Part shown: in pieces, positions 17,465 to 25,874 of the stretch | Layout: every line of letters starts with the position of its first letter | Numbering within the stretch: the stretch's first letter is position 1 | NCBI GenBank assembly: GCA_038823825.1 | Contig: JAWBCC010000003.1 | Span: forward strand, 60,001 to 92,000 | Length of the DNA: 32,000 nt | Source: Candidatus Hadarchaeales archaeon | GTDB lineage: Archaea > Hadarchaeota > Hadarchaeia > Hadarchaeales > Hadarchaeaceae | Reading direction: 5' to 3' | Position numbers and translations under genes: made by a program | The notes under the pieces: model-generated | The model's input: only the letters and a program-made list of their open reading frames with translations | What the model was told of the DNA's origin: nothing | Database searches by the model: none

Positions 17465-18496
17465 ATGAGAACCACACCATACTTTGTGGAAAAGGTGAAA
17501 GCGATAGAAGTCAAAGGAAAGAGAATCTCCGAACTTCTTAAGGAGATGGGAGACACAGGTTTTCAAGGAAGAAAGCTCGCAGAAGTCGTTGATGTTTGGG
17601 AGGAGATGATAAAGCAAAAAGATCTCACGATAATAATGGGATTGACGGGCTCAATGAGCACAACCGGCATGTGGAAGATTATCTGTTGGTTAATCGAAAA
17701 TCGATATATCGATATCTTGGTTTCCACCGGTGCAAATATTTCCGAGGACATACTTGATGCCATGGGTGCGGGCTATTGGAAGGGTTCTCACCTCGTTGAT
17801 GACGAGGATCTGCTGCGTCACAAAATAGACAGATTCTACGATGTTTTTGCGGACGAGCTCGAATACCGGAAAATGGAGGAATTGATTGCAGAATTCATGA
17901 AGTCTATCGATGTGAACAAACTGTACACAACTAGGGAGTTCCTCTATAAATTTGGTAAATGGCTGGATGAGCGCGGAATTTATTGTATACTCTCTGCAGC
18001 ATACAGACATAAGGTCCCAGTCTACTGTCCAGCCCTTGTCGATAGCGGATATGGAATAGCTTCCCTTTGTGCGGAGAATAATCTGATGATAGACATGATG
18101 GAGGATTTTCGAGAACTCGTTCATGCTCTTAAAGACAGCAAGACGGGCGTGATTTACATAGGAGGAGGGGTCCCGAAAGATTTCGTTCAGCTTGTTGCAG
18201 TGGGTAGGGAATACCTACACGGTTGGAAAAATGTTCATCCTCATGAGTACGCTATTCAGATTACTACGGATTCTCCACAGTGGGGAGGACTCAGCGGATG
18301 TACTCTAGAAGAAGCGGTTAGTTGGGGAAAGACCTCTCCAAAGGGAAAGAAGATCACATGTTATTGTGATGCCACAATTGCTCTTCCGTTTGTTTCACAT
18401 GCTCTAGCGGAGAGAATAGGAAAGCCTAGAAAGGGCCCTGATTTTTCAGAGCTTTGCGAGAGAGAACTAAAAATTTATATCACCACAAAAAAATAA
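17465..18496 (+). CDS. dys: deoxyhypusine synthase
   Basis: 343 aa with GFQGRKLAEVVDVWEEMI, LTGSMSTTGMWKII...DILVSTGANISEDI and YIGGGVPKDF, which fit the deoxyhypusine synthase family pattern. Confidence 0.85.
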   Translation: MRTTPYFVEKVKAIEVKGKRISELLKEMGDTGFQGRKLAEVVDVWEEMIKQKDLTIIMGLTGSMSTTGMWKIICWLIENRYIDILVSTGANISEDILDAMGAGYWKGSHLVDDEDLLRHKIDRFYDVFADELEYRKMEELIAEFMKSIDVNKLYTTREFLYKFGKWLDERGIYCILSAAYRHKVPVYCPALVDSGYGIASLCAENNLMIDMMEDFRELVHALKDSKTGVIYIGGGVPKDFVQLVAVGREYLHGWKNVHPHEYAIQITTDSPQWGGLSGCTLEEAVSWGKTSPKGKKITCYCDATIALPFVSHALAERIGKPRKGPDFSELCERELKIYITTKK

Positions 18497-18613
18497 TTCT
18501 TTGAGAAATATGGCCTGCAAGTCCGCGAAGAAGAAAAAGAAGGAAGAAAAGAAAGGAGTCTGCTAAAAGGGATTGCTCCGTCATCAAAAGCCTCTTTATA
18601 TCTAAGCTTTTGG

Positions 18614-19579
18614 TCACTTTTGGGTCTCGAAAATACATTCCTCAGGAGATTTGTCTCTTCTTAGGCGCAAAAAAACAGGGGCTCTTAACTTGAGGTCATC
18701 AGTTACTTCTAGAAATCTCACCTCACAGACGAACTCTGGTCTAACCCATCGGACTTCGTAAGGTGGTTCCTCTTCAACTGGTTTTTCTGGAACTTCGATT
18801 TTTTTGAGTTCTGATGTGAGATATCTGATTGTTTCCTCATCAAATCCAGTTCCAACCTTCCCAAGGAAAATCAACTTTTCACGATCGTACGCTCCTATCG
18901 CAAGTGCTCCGAAGTAATCCTTCCGTTCTCCTTCCCCCGGCGTATAGCCCAAAATCACGCAGTCCATCGTCTTGAAAGTCTTGACCTTTATCCAATCCTC
19001 GCTTCTCTTCCCCTGCTGATAGGTGCTCTCGAGCTTCTTACCCATCACTCCCTCCAATCCCATCGCTTTTACGCTCTCCCACAGTCTTCTGCCATCCTCA
19101 GTATACATGCAGAGTCTCAGACGTTCGCTTTCTTTCACGATCTCTGAAAGTTTCTGCTTTCTTTCTCTGAGTGGTTTGTTTGTCATATCTTCTTCATTGG
19201 CAAGCAGAACGTCGAACGCGAAAATAACAGCCGGGTACATTTTGGAAAGTAGCTCTATTTTGAGTGGATGCTCCTGCTGTTCTCTAAGCTGCAAGAGTTG
19301 AAAATCTGGCTTGTTGTTTTTATCGAGCACAACGATCTCGCAGTCGAGAATGCAGGGGTCGGCGAGGATGTTTCTGTGAATGCCTGAAAGTTCAGGATAT
19401 CTGTGTTCAATCCACTTCTTTCTTCTGTTCAGAATTTTTATCCTCTCACCTTTTTTGTAAACGATCGCTCTTGTTCCGTCGAGCTTAGGTTCCCAGATGT
19501 AGTGGGGTTTGCTGAGATCATTTTCGCTTCCCAGCCTTGCAAGCATCGGGCTTATGATGGGTGGCCAGTCTGAGTTCAT
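18614..19579 (-). CDS. ATP-dependent DNA ligase, LigD-ligase-domain-like (321 aa)
   Basis: Nucleotidyltransferase motifs are present: I EPKLDGTRA (adenylated Lys), III LDCEIVV, IV VIFAFDVL and V EGVMGKKLESTYQQGKRSEDWIKVK. The ATG overlaps the ku stop (ATGA). Confidence 0.85.
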   Translation of the reverse strand: MNSDWPPIISPMLARLGSENDLSKPHYIWEPKLDGTRAIVYKKGERIKILNRRKKWIEHRYPELSGIHRNILADPCILDCEIVVLDKNNKPDFQLLQLREQQEHPLKIELLSKMYPAVIFAFDVLLANEEDMTNKPLRERKQKLSEIVKESERLRLCMYTEDGRRLWESVKAMGLEGVMGKKLESTYQQGKRSEDWIKVKTFKTMDCVILGYTPGEGERKDYFGALAIGAYDREKLIFLGKVGTGFDEETIRYLTSELKKIEVPEKPVEEEPPYEVRWVRPEFVCEVRFLEVTDDLKLRAPVFLRLRRDKSPEECIFETQK

Positions 19580-20367
19580 ACCTCGGTTACCTTCTTCTTT
19601 TCAGCGATTCGTAAACTCTCCTCTAGGGCTTTCATGAGATCCACGGTTGTCGGTGCTTCGGCCGGTTTCTCAAGTTTTATAGCAGCTCCTTCAGCCTTTC
19701 CTCTGATCAATTCGAGCAACGCTTCCCGGTATGCATCTTTAAGTTCCTCTGGTCTAAATTCTCCTTTCATCTGCTCTATCAGCTTTTTAGCAAGATCTCT
19801 TTCCCTATCCGAGGTTTCCGGAATTCTCTGGATTTCTGTCAGTTCATCTGTAGGAACGATTTCGTCGAAATAGTGAAGAAGGGTTAGATGAAGACAGTTC
19901 TGTCCGGGCCTTATCACAACCGGATATTCTTTATTCCGAAGGGTGAGCTTCCCGAGAGCAGCGGACCCTGTCTCTGCGAGAGCATGGAAAAGCAATCCAT
20001 AAGCTCTCTCTCCACCCTCCTCGGGAGCGACGTAGTAATGCTCAGAGAAGTAAGTCACGTCTATGTCTCTAATTTCAATGAAATTCGAAATTTCAATGAT
20101 TTTTGTGCTTTTAACTTTAATACCTTCCAATTCTTCTTCTGTTACTTCGATAAACTTATCTTTAGCAAGCTCGAATGCCTTTACGAGTTCTTCGTCTGCA
20201 AGTTCTTTCTGGCATTTTGTGCACCACTTCTTGTATTTTACCGGTGTTTTGCACTCCTTGTGAATTAGATGAAATGAGATAGACTTGTCTCTCGTTGCTT
20301 TGTAAAGCTTGACGGGTATGTTGACGAGACCGAAAGATATTGCTCCTCTCCAAATTGCTCTAGGCAT
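19576..20367 (-). CDS. ku: Ku-type DNA end-binding protein
   Basis: MPRAIWRGAISFGLVNIPVKLYKA...ISFHLIHKEC..YKKWCTKC is the canonical prokaryotic Ku N-terminus. ATG 20367 has a GGGGGAAGGA SD-like sequence upstream, and the ORF opens at TTG 20394. Confidence 0.85.
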   Translation of the reverse strand: MPRAIWRGAISFGLVNIPVKLYKATRDKSISFHLIHKECKTPVKYKKWCTKCQKELADEELVKAFELAKDKFIEVTEEELEGIKVKSTKIIEISNFIEIRDIDVTYFSEHYYVAPEEGGERAYGLLFHALAETGSAALGKLTLRNKEYPVVIRPGQNCLHLTLLHYFDEIVPTDELTEIQRIPETSDRERDLAKKLIEQMKGEFRPEELKDAYREALLELIRGKAEGAAIKLEKPAEAPTTVDLMKALEESLRIAEKKKVTEV

Positions 20368-20411
20368 ATCCTTCCCCCAAAAGAAACCTTCCAACCATTA
20401 AATAAAAAACA

Positions 20412-20711
20412 ATGCAAAAGCCAATATTTTTGATGCCGGAAACGACCGTGCTGCTTGACGAAATGTACATGGGGCTTAAGCCCTTCCTACAAGTCCTCGG
20501 CTGGAATGTTTTAACAGTTGACGATGTTGGTCTCAGAGGAGCTTCAGATGTTGAAGTTGTGGAGTTTGCATCAAAGCAAGGATATATATTGGTTTCTCAG
20601 GAGCCCAGAGTTGGGGAACTTGCGAGGCTTAAGAATGTTCCGTGTGTTGTCGTGGGTCTAGCGGACATCGCAAAGGTGATAGACGCTAGGTTGCGCGAGA
20701 TAAAAAAATAG
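20412..20711 (+). CDS. small PIN-like domain protein (DUF5615 / Mut7-C N-terminal-like), 99 aa
   Basis: The pattern VLLDEMYMGLKPFLQVLGWNVLTV...ASDVEVVEFASKQGYILVSQEP resembles the Mut7-C/DUF5615 fold family. This is based on sequence pattern only. Confidence 0.45.
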   Translation: MQKPIFLMPETTVLLDEMYMGLKPFLQVLGWNVLTVDDVGLRGASDVEVVEFASKQGYILVSQEPRVGELARLKNVPCVVVGLADIAKVIDARLREIKK

Positions 20712-20743
20712 GATTTTATTGACGGGTTCCAGATAGAGATTGG

Positions 20744-20819
20744 AGCCCCGTGGGGTAGCGGTCAATCCTGCCGGACTCTGGATCCGGCGACGCCGGTTCG
20801 AATCCGGCCGGGGCTACCA
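20744..20819 (+). tRNA. tRNA-Gln (anticodon CTG), CCA encoded
   Basis: Acceptor AGCCCCG/CGGGGCT, anticodon stem CCGGA/TCCGG with loop CTCTGGA, T arm GCCGG-TTCGAAT-CCGGC. The D stem has G:U and U:U pairs. A TATA-like gattttatt lies 24-32 nt upstream. Confidence 0.85.
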
Positions 20820-20835
20820 TCTGTCTGAGTAAGGG

Positions 20836-20843
20836 TTATATAT
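20836..20843 (+). promoter_or_regulatory. TATA-like box (ttatatat) of the hydrogenase operon
   Basis: It lies between the tRNA-Gln 3' end and hydB, about 45-50 nt upstream of ATG 20888, which has an AGGTGA SD at 20873-20878. Confidence 0.4.
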
Positions 20844-20887
20844 TGCGGTTCATCATAAAAATGATAAAACGAAAAGGTGATCATCTG

Positions 20888-21904
20888 ATGCACAAGATAC
20901 TCCCGAAAGAGAATTTGAGAAATTTTTTTGAAAAGCTGAAAGAGCTTGGAGAGGTGCACGCTCCCGTTAGACGCGGAACTATCTTCGCTTTTTCCAAGAT
21001 AGAGTCCGTTGAACAAATCGAGTTTTCTTACGTAAGAACGATGATACCACCAAAAAAATATTTCATTCAGACTTGTGAGGAGATCCTTAGGTTTACGCCG
21101 GATAAGGGTTATTCTCCGGTTACTACGGAAACTAAAAAAGTGGTTTTGTTTGGTGTTCATGCTTGCGATATTAATGCGATTAAAATTCTAGACAATGTGT
21201 TTTTGGAAGAGCCGGTCGATCTCTTTTATGAGGAGAGGAGAAAAAACACATTTATAGTTGGGATTTCATGCGAACCAGACGATTTTTGCTTCTGTAAATC
21301 TGTGGGTGCTGACTCTGTTCAGGATAATTATGATCTTTTTTTGTACGACCTCGGGGATAGATACCTCATCGATACGGGAAGCAGAGCAGGTGAGGAGTTT
21401 CTTTTAAGTCTTAACCTGCAGAATCCGACTTCTACGGATTTTGAAGTCTTAAGAAAAATGCTTTCTGAGCGTGATCTGAAGTTCAAAAAAACTCTTAATG
21501 CTCAGGGTCTTGCGCAGATAGTAGACTCGAACCCATCTAGCGAGGTGTGGGGGAGATATGCTGAAAAATGTCTTGCCTGTGGAGGATGTACTCTCGTTTG
21601 TCCAACTTGTCGCTGTTATTCGATCGATGAGTTTAGAGATCTCTCGCTTGAAAAAAGCACAAGGACGAGAAGGTGGGATTCATGCTTTCTGAGAAGCCAT
21701 GCTCTGGTTGCCGGTGGCTTAAACTTCCGTCCAACAAGGCTCGACAGATTTAGGCACAGATACAACTGTAAGAGTTCGATCGAGTGGAAATCTGGTGGAC
21801 TCTTTTGTGTTGGATGTGGAAGATGCAGCGCCTTTTGTCCGGCGGGAATTGACCATGTGGAAGTTTTAAACAACCTTGTGCATCTTTCGGTGATGACGAT
21901 ATGA
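20888..21904 (+). CDS. hydB: group 3b [NiFe]-hydrogenase (sulfhydrogenase-type) beta subunit, 4Fe-4S protein
   Basis: The N-terminus MHKILPKENLRNFFEKLKELGEVHAPV matches the HydB/AsrA family. Two ferredoxin-type motifs are present (CLACGGCTLVCPTCRC and CVGCGRCSAFCPAG). The ORF opens at TTG 20843. Confidence 0.8.
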   Translation: MHKILPKENLRNFFEKLKELGEVHAPVRRGTIFAFSKIESVEQIEFSYVRTMIPPKKYFIQTCEEILRFTPDKGYSPVTTETKKVVLFGVHACDINAIKILDNVFLEEPVDLFYEERRKNTFIVGISCEPDDFCFCKSVGADSVQDNYDLFLYDLGDRYLIDTGSRAGEEFLLSLNLQNPTSTDFEVLRKMLSERDLKFKKTLNAQGLAQIVDSNPSSEVWGRYAEKCLACGGCTLVCPTCRCYSIDEFRDLSLEKSTRTRRWDSCFLRSHALVAGGLNFRPTRLDRFRHRYNCKSSIEWKSGGLFCVGCGRCSAFCPAGIDHVEVLNNLVHLSVMTI

Positions 21905-22779
21905 CGTCTCTCCCACCCCTTCAAGTGCCGAAATTGGCAAAAATAGTTGAAATCGTTGAGATGACGGCGATAGAAAAAATGTTTAAGCTTGAGTTTCTTG
22001 ATGGTAGCACTCTGAGCTTTAAGCCTGGGCAGTTTGTAGAAATCAGCGTAATGGGAGTTGGAGAGGCACCGATTTCCATATGTAAATCGCCCACAAGATC
22101 TGGACCTCTCGAGATAATAGTGAGAAAGGTGGGAAGAGTGACAAAAGCTTTACATGCTATGAAGCCGGGCGATAAGGTCGGGGTTAGAGGACCATTCGGA
22201 AACGGGTTCCCGATGGAGAAGATGAAAGGAATGGATGTTCTGCTTGCTGCGGGAGGCCTTGGAATGGCACCGCTGAATTCGGTTCTCCAATATGTTCTGG
22301 ATAAGAAAGAGGAATACGGGAAAGTAATTCTCATGTATGGGATCAGAAGTTATCAGGACGCACTTTTTAGAGAAGAGGTTTTTAAAATGCTTGAGAGCCA
22401 GACAGAACCGGTTGTGTTGCTCGCTTATGAGCGTGATGATCCTTTGCTCGCGAAGATTGCGGAGAAATATCCGCACAATGTTAGGAAAGGGGTGATAACC
22501 GTTCTCTGCAAAGAGTGTCTTCTTCCACACTTGAGAGCTGATAGAACGTGTGCGGTGGTTTGTGGCCCGCCGATCATGTATAAATTTGTGCTTAAGGAGT
22601 TGGTTGGTCTCGGAATACCCCCCGAGAGAATTTACATGACGCTTGAGAGGAGAATGGAGTGTGGAATGGGTAAATGTGGTCATTGTATCGTGGGCGGTGC
22701 ATCGACAATCAGATATATTTGTAAAGATGGTCCGGTTTTTACGGGTGTCGATGCTCTTACGATAAGGGGCTTGATATGA
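21901..22779 (+). CDS. hydG: hydrogenase gamma subunit (FAD/NAD(P)-binding, 2Fe-2S; PyrK/AsrB-like)
   Basis: 292 aa with GQFVEISV, GPFGNGF and LAAGGLGMAP flavoprotein motifs and a C-terminal CGMGKCGHC cluster motif. An ATGA overlap links it to hydB. Confidence 0.8.
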   Translation: MTSLPPLQVPKLAKIVEIVEMTAIEKMFKLEFLDGSTLSFKPGQFVEISVMGVGEAPISICKSPTRSGPLEIIVRKVGRVTKALHAMKPGDKVGVRGPFGNGFPMEKMKGMDVLLAAGGLGMAPLNSVLQYVLDKKEEYGKVILMYGIRSYQDALFREEVFKMLESQTEPVVLLAYERDDPLLAKIAEKYPHNVRKGVITVLCKECLLPHLRADRTCAVVCGPPIMYKFVLKELVGLGIPPERIYMTLERRMECGMGKCGHCIVGGASTIRYICKDGPVFTGVDALTIRGLI

Positions 22780-23546
22780 AGCCGAAGGTTGGGTTTTACG
22801 AATTAACGGGTTGTGCTGGCGAAATGCTTCACATTTTGAATATGGAGGATATTTTAATTGATGTTTTTAGCAAAATCGATTTGGTCGAGTTCAGGATAGC
22901 GAGCAGTGTGAAGAGACCAGAAAGAGTTGACATCGCTTTTGTTGAAGGTTCTGTGACAACTGAGGAAAACTTGGAAGCCCTGAAGTCGATAAGAGAGAAG
23001 TCTGATGTTCTCGTTGCGATCGGAGATTGTGCCGTATGGGGAGGGATTCAGGCCTCCACAACCGGCGAGGATTGGAAGACATTGATGAAAGAAGTTTATG
23101 GTGTTGAGGAGAACTACTTCAGATTTCTGGGGGAGCATAAATCACTATCCGAGTGTGTGAAGGTGGACTATGAACTTCCGGGATGTCCGATTGAGCAAGA
23201 CGAATTTGTCAGACTCTTCATCGAGCTTTTGGAGGGGATTGAGCCTAAAATCAAGGATTATCCTGTTTGTGTTGAGTGTAAGATCAAAGAGATACCATGT
23301 CTTATCGTGGAGAAGAGAGAGCCATGTTTGGGTCCAATCAGTGTTGGGGGCTGCAAAGCCCGATGTCCATACTACGGAACACCGTGCATAGGTTGCAGAG
23401 GCCCCGTGAGGGAGGAGGCGAATGTCGCTGGAGAGGTTTCGACACTTGTGGAAAAAGGCTGGAGAAAAGAAGATATCGTGAAGAGGATGGAGCTTTTCGC
23501 CAAGAGATATAAGGATATTGAGAAACTTGTGGAGGTCAAAAAATGA
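22776..23546 (+). CDS. hydD: [NiFe]-hydrogenase small (delta) subunit
   Basis: 256 aa, collinear with sulfhydrogenase delta subunits (VDIAFVEGSV, AIGDCAVWGG, LPGCPIE, CVECK...PCLGP..GGCKARCP...CIGCRG). An ATGA overlap links it to hydG. The N-terminal cluster motif reads GCAGE rather than CxGC. Confidence 0.85.
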   Translation: MKPKVGFYELTGCAGEMLHILNMEDILIDVFSKIDLVEFRIASSVKRPERVDIAFVEGSVTTEENLEALKSIREKSDVLVAIGDCAVWGGIQASTTGEDWKTLMKEVYGVEENYFRFLGEHKSLSECVKVDYELPGCPIEQDEFVRLFIELLEGIEPKIKDYPVCVECKIKEIPCLIVEKREPCLGPISVGGCKARCPYYGTPCIGCRGPVREEANVAGEVSTLVEKGWRKEDIVKRMELFAKRYKDIEKLVEVKK

Positions 23547-24832
23547 GGGAAATCCTGGTTGAACATCTGGCGAGAGTTGAGGGTCACGGCAATATAAGAG
23601 TTGTTGTTGATAAGGAGAACGTTCGGGAGGTGAAGATGGAGATTTTGGAAGGACCAAGGTTTATTGAGAAAATTCTTGTTGGAAGGAGCATAGACGAGGC
23701 GCCGGACATAGTTGCAAGAATATGCTCGATTTGCCCGGATCCACACTCGGTTGCATGTGTGAACGCGATAGAGAAGGCCATAGGCTTTAGGCCGAGTGAA
23801 CAAACGAGAGTTTTGAGAGAGCTTCAGCTTATATCGGATGTTATATCGAGCCATGCTCTTCATCTTTTCCTCCTAGCTCTTCCAGACTTTCTTGGTTATC
23901 CAGATGCAATTTCTATGGTTTCCAAGTATGGGAAGGAGGTGGCCTTGGGTTTGAAGGTCAAAAAGGCGGGGAACGTGATCAAGGAGGTTCTGACGGGCAG
24001 ATCGGTTCACGGATGTACGGTAAAGCCGGGTGGATATACGAGAGTTCCGACCCAGGAGGAATTAGAAAAGCTTGAAAAGAGTCTGGCGGAAGCGATGGAT
24101 GGTGCAAGGCTTGCGGTGGATTTGTTTGCTTCTTTCGATCTTCCAGAGGTCTTCAGAGAGGAAAATATGTTTATGGCGGTTGATCCCGGGGAGGTTTACG
24201 GTTTTTCGGGTGAGCACATTTTAATATCGAATGGAGAGAGGAGACCTGTTGAGAATTATAGACTTCTAACGAATGAGAGGGTTGTTCCTCACTCAACCGC
24301 CAAGCACTCATATTATCAGGGCGAGTCCTTCATGGTTGGAGCTCTCGCTCGAATCCTTCTCAACAGGGGAAAGCTAAAGGGTGAAGCGGTGGAGCTGGCG
24401 GATAGAATTTGGGAGAAGCTGGATCCGAAGAATCCTCTGGCGAATAACCTCGCGCAGGCGTTGGAACTCGTGTATTCGGTTGAGAGAGCTATTGAGCTCA
24501 TCGAATGGCTCCTTGATCATGGCATAGGGGAACCTAGAGGGGAGATGAAGATAAAGGCTGGGGTGGGTGTGGCGGCAGTCGAAGCCCCTCGTGGAATTTT
24601 GTATCACTTTTATGAGGTTGACGGGGAGGGAAAGATAGCTCGTGCGGACATAGTCACTCCCACTGCTCAAAATGCCGCGAACATTGAGAAATATCTGAGG
24701 ATATCTGCGCAGAGACTTTTGGAGAGAGGAGTGGATAATCTCGAGCCTCACCTTGAGATGCTTGTTAGGGCTTATGATCCGTGCATTTCCTGCTCGGCGC
24801 ATCTTGTTAGGGTTGTGAGGTTGAACGAGTGA
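23543..24832 (+). CDS. hydA: [NiFe]-hydrogenase large (alpha) subunit
   Basis: RVEGHG at the N-terminus, the L1 motif RICSICPDPH, and the C-terminal Ni-binding DPCISCSAH. An ATGA overlap links it to hydD. Confidence 0.9.
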   Translation: MREILVEHLARVEGHGNIRVVVDKENVREVKMEILEGPRFIEKILVGRSIDEAPDIVARICSICPDPHSVACVNAIEKAIGFRPSEQTRVLRELQLISDVISSHALHLFLLALPDFLGYPDAISMVSKYGKEVALGLKVKKAGNVIKEVLTGRSVHGCTVKPGGYTRVPTQEELEKLEKSLAEAMDGARLAVDLFASFDLPEVFREENMFMAVDPGEVYGFSGEHILISNGERRPVENYRLLTNERVVPHSTAKHSYYQGESFMVGALARILLNRGKLKGEAVELADRIWEKLDPKNPLANNLAQALELVYSVERAIELIEWLLDHGIGEPRGEMKIKAGVGVAAVEAPRGILYHFYEVDGEGKIARADIVTPTAQNAANIEKYLRISAQRLLERGVDNLEPHLEMLVRAYDPCISCSAHLVRVVRLNE

Positions 24833-25260
24833 AATTTGTACTCTGTTTGGGCAGTTTCTTCGCCTCTGACGATGTTTTTGGTCTTCTCGTCGCAAAGGAG
24901 TTAACGAAAAAGGGCTTGAAAAATGTTCAGATCTGTGGTTCGGATCTTTCTCCGCTTATCTCGAGGATAGAAGAGGTGGAGACTCTGATAATAGTGGATG
25001 CCGTCGATTGGGGGGCAAAACCCGGGGAGATTTTTGTGAAAAATTTGGAAGAAATTGAGGATTTTTCAGGTTTGGTTACTCACGGCCTTTCTCCAATTTT
25101 TATTGTCAGGATTCTTAGAGAATTGACAGGGAAGCCGAAGGAGGTCTATATCGTTGGAGTTCAACCAGCCAAAGTTGAGCTTGGTGTGGAAAGCTCTGAA
25201 GATATTGAAAAATCGGTTGAAGATGTTGTTGAAATAGTTTTGGATCTTCTCAAGTCCTGA
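24829..25260 (+). CDS. hydrogenase maturation endopeptidase (HycI/HybD family)
   Basis: 143 aa with a GTG start overlapping the hydA stop (GTGA). It carries LGSFFASDDVFG, IIVDAVD and THGLS motifs (Asp/Asp/His metal site). Confidence 0.75.
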   Translation: MKFVLCLGSFFASDDVFGLLVAKELTKKGLKNVQICGSDLSPLISRIEEVETLIIVDAVDWGAKPGEIFVKNLEEIEDFSGLVTHGLSPIFIVRILRELTGKPKEVYIVGVQPAKVELGVESSEDIEKSVEDVVEIVLDLLKS

Positions 25261-25795
25261 CCTTTCCCTTCTTGATGATCCCTTTTGTATCCATTATCGT
25301 GATGAAGGCTTCGGGGTCGGTTTTTCTAACAAGTTTGAGGAAGTCGGAAAGATGTCTTCGGGCTATGACTGACTGATAGATTAGTCTGTTTCCGCGCAAT
25401 CCGCGTCCTTTGATTATTGTCATTGGGTAACCTGCATTTCTAAGGGCCAGTCCGATTTCTCTGCTTTTGGTCACTGAAATGACCTGAACTGTGACATGAC
25501 CTACAGCCATTTTTTCCTCAATGTTTACGCCGAGGTAAGTTCCGAGTGCGTATCCTAGGGAAAAAGATATGAAATAGCTGATGCCGGCGAGACTGAAAGG
25601 AGCATCGAGGAAGTTCTTCAAAACGACCCCAAAGGTGATGAACCAGATTGTGGTCTCTAAAAAGCTCAGAAAAGAAGCACGAAATCTCTGGCCTCTGAGA
25701 ACCCATATGTCTCTGACCGTTCCGATTGTGTTTTGCAGAAGTCGGGCAAAGAACACGGAAATGCAGACAGTGGATATCTTCAGTATTTCACTCAT
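25250..25795 (-). CDS. UPF0316/DUF2179-domain membrane protein
   Basis: The N-terminal TM region contains NTIGTVRDIWVLRGQR...SFLETTIWF, and the C-terminal soluble domain ends in DPEAFITIMDTKG. ATG 25795 lies about 25 nt from an AT-rich TATA element (25814-25826). The ORF opens at TTG 25804. Confidence 0.7.
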   Translation of the reverse strand: MSEILKISTVCISVFFARLLQNTIGTVRDIWVLRGQRFRASFLSFLETTIWFITFGVVLKNFLDAPFSLAGISYFISFSLGYALGTYLGVNIEEKMAVGHVTVQVISVTKSREIGLALRNAGYPMTIIKGRGLRGNRLIYQSVIARRHLSDFLKLVRKTDPEAFITIMDTKGIIKKGKVRT

Positions 25796-25874
25796 CAAAA
25801 TCAAGAAACATGAAAAATATTTAAAAAGAGATGCTTTTTATTATCGAGAAAAGAAGAATTGCAGAGGTGAAAAT

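Noticed and set aside
20762-21160. 132-aa minus-strand ORF
   Set aside because: It overlaps tRNA-Gln and the 5' end of hydB in antisense. Its C-terminus (GRIRTGVAGSRVRQD) is simply the tRNA sequence translated, so it is spurious.
23145-23863. Minus-strand ORFs of 170 aa and 163 aa across the hydD/hydA junction
   Set aside because: They are antisense to two hydrogenase subunit genes with clear cofactor-binding motifs, and they have no motifs of their own.
25581-25874. Long N-terminal extension of ORF 25581-26093 (170 aa)
   Set aside because: The extension is antisense to the well-supported UPF0316 membrane-protein gene and crosses the shared AT-rich promoter. ATG 25875, with its GAGGTGA SD, gives a compact wHTH protein.
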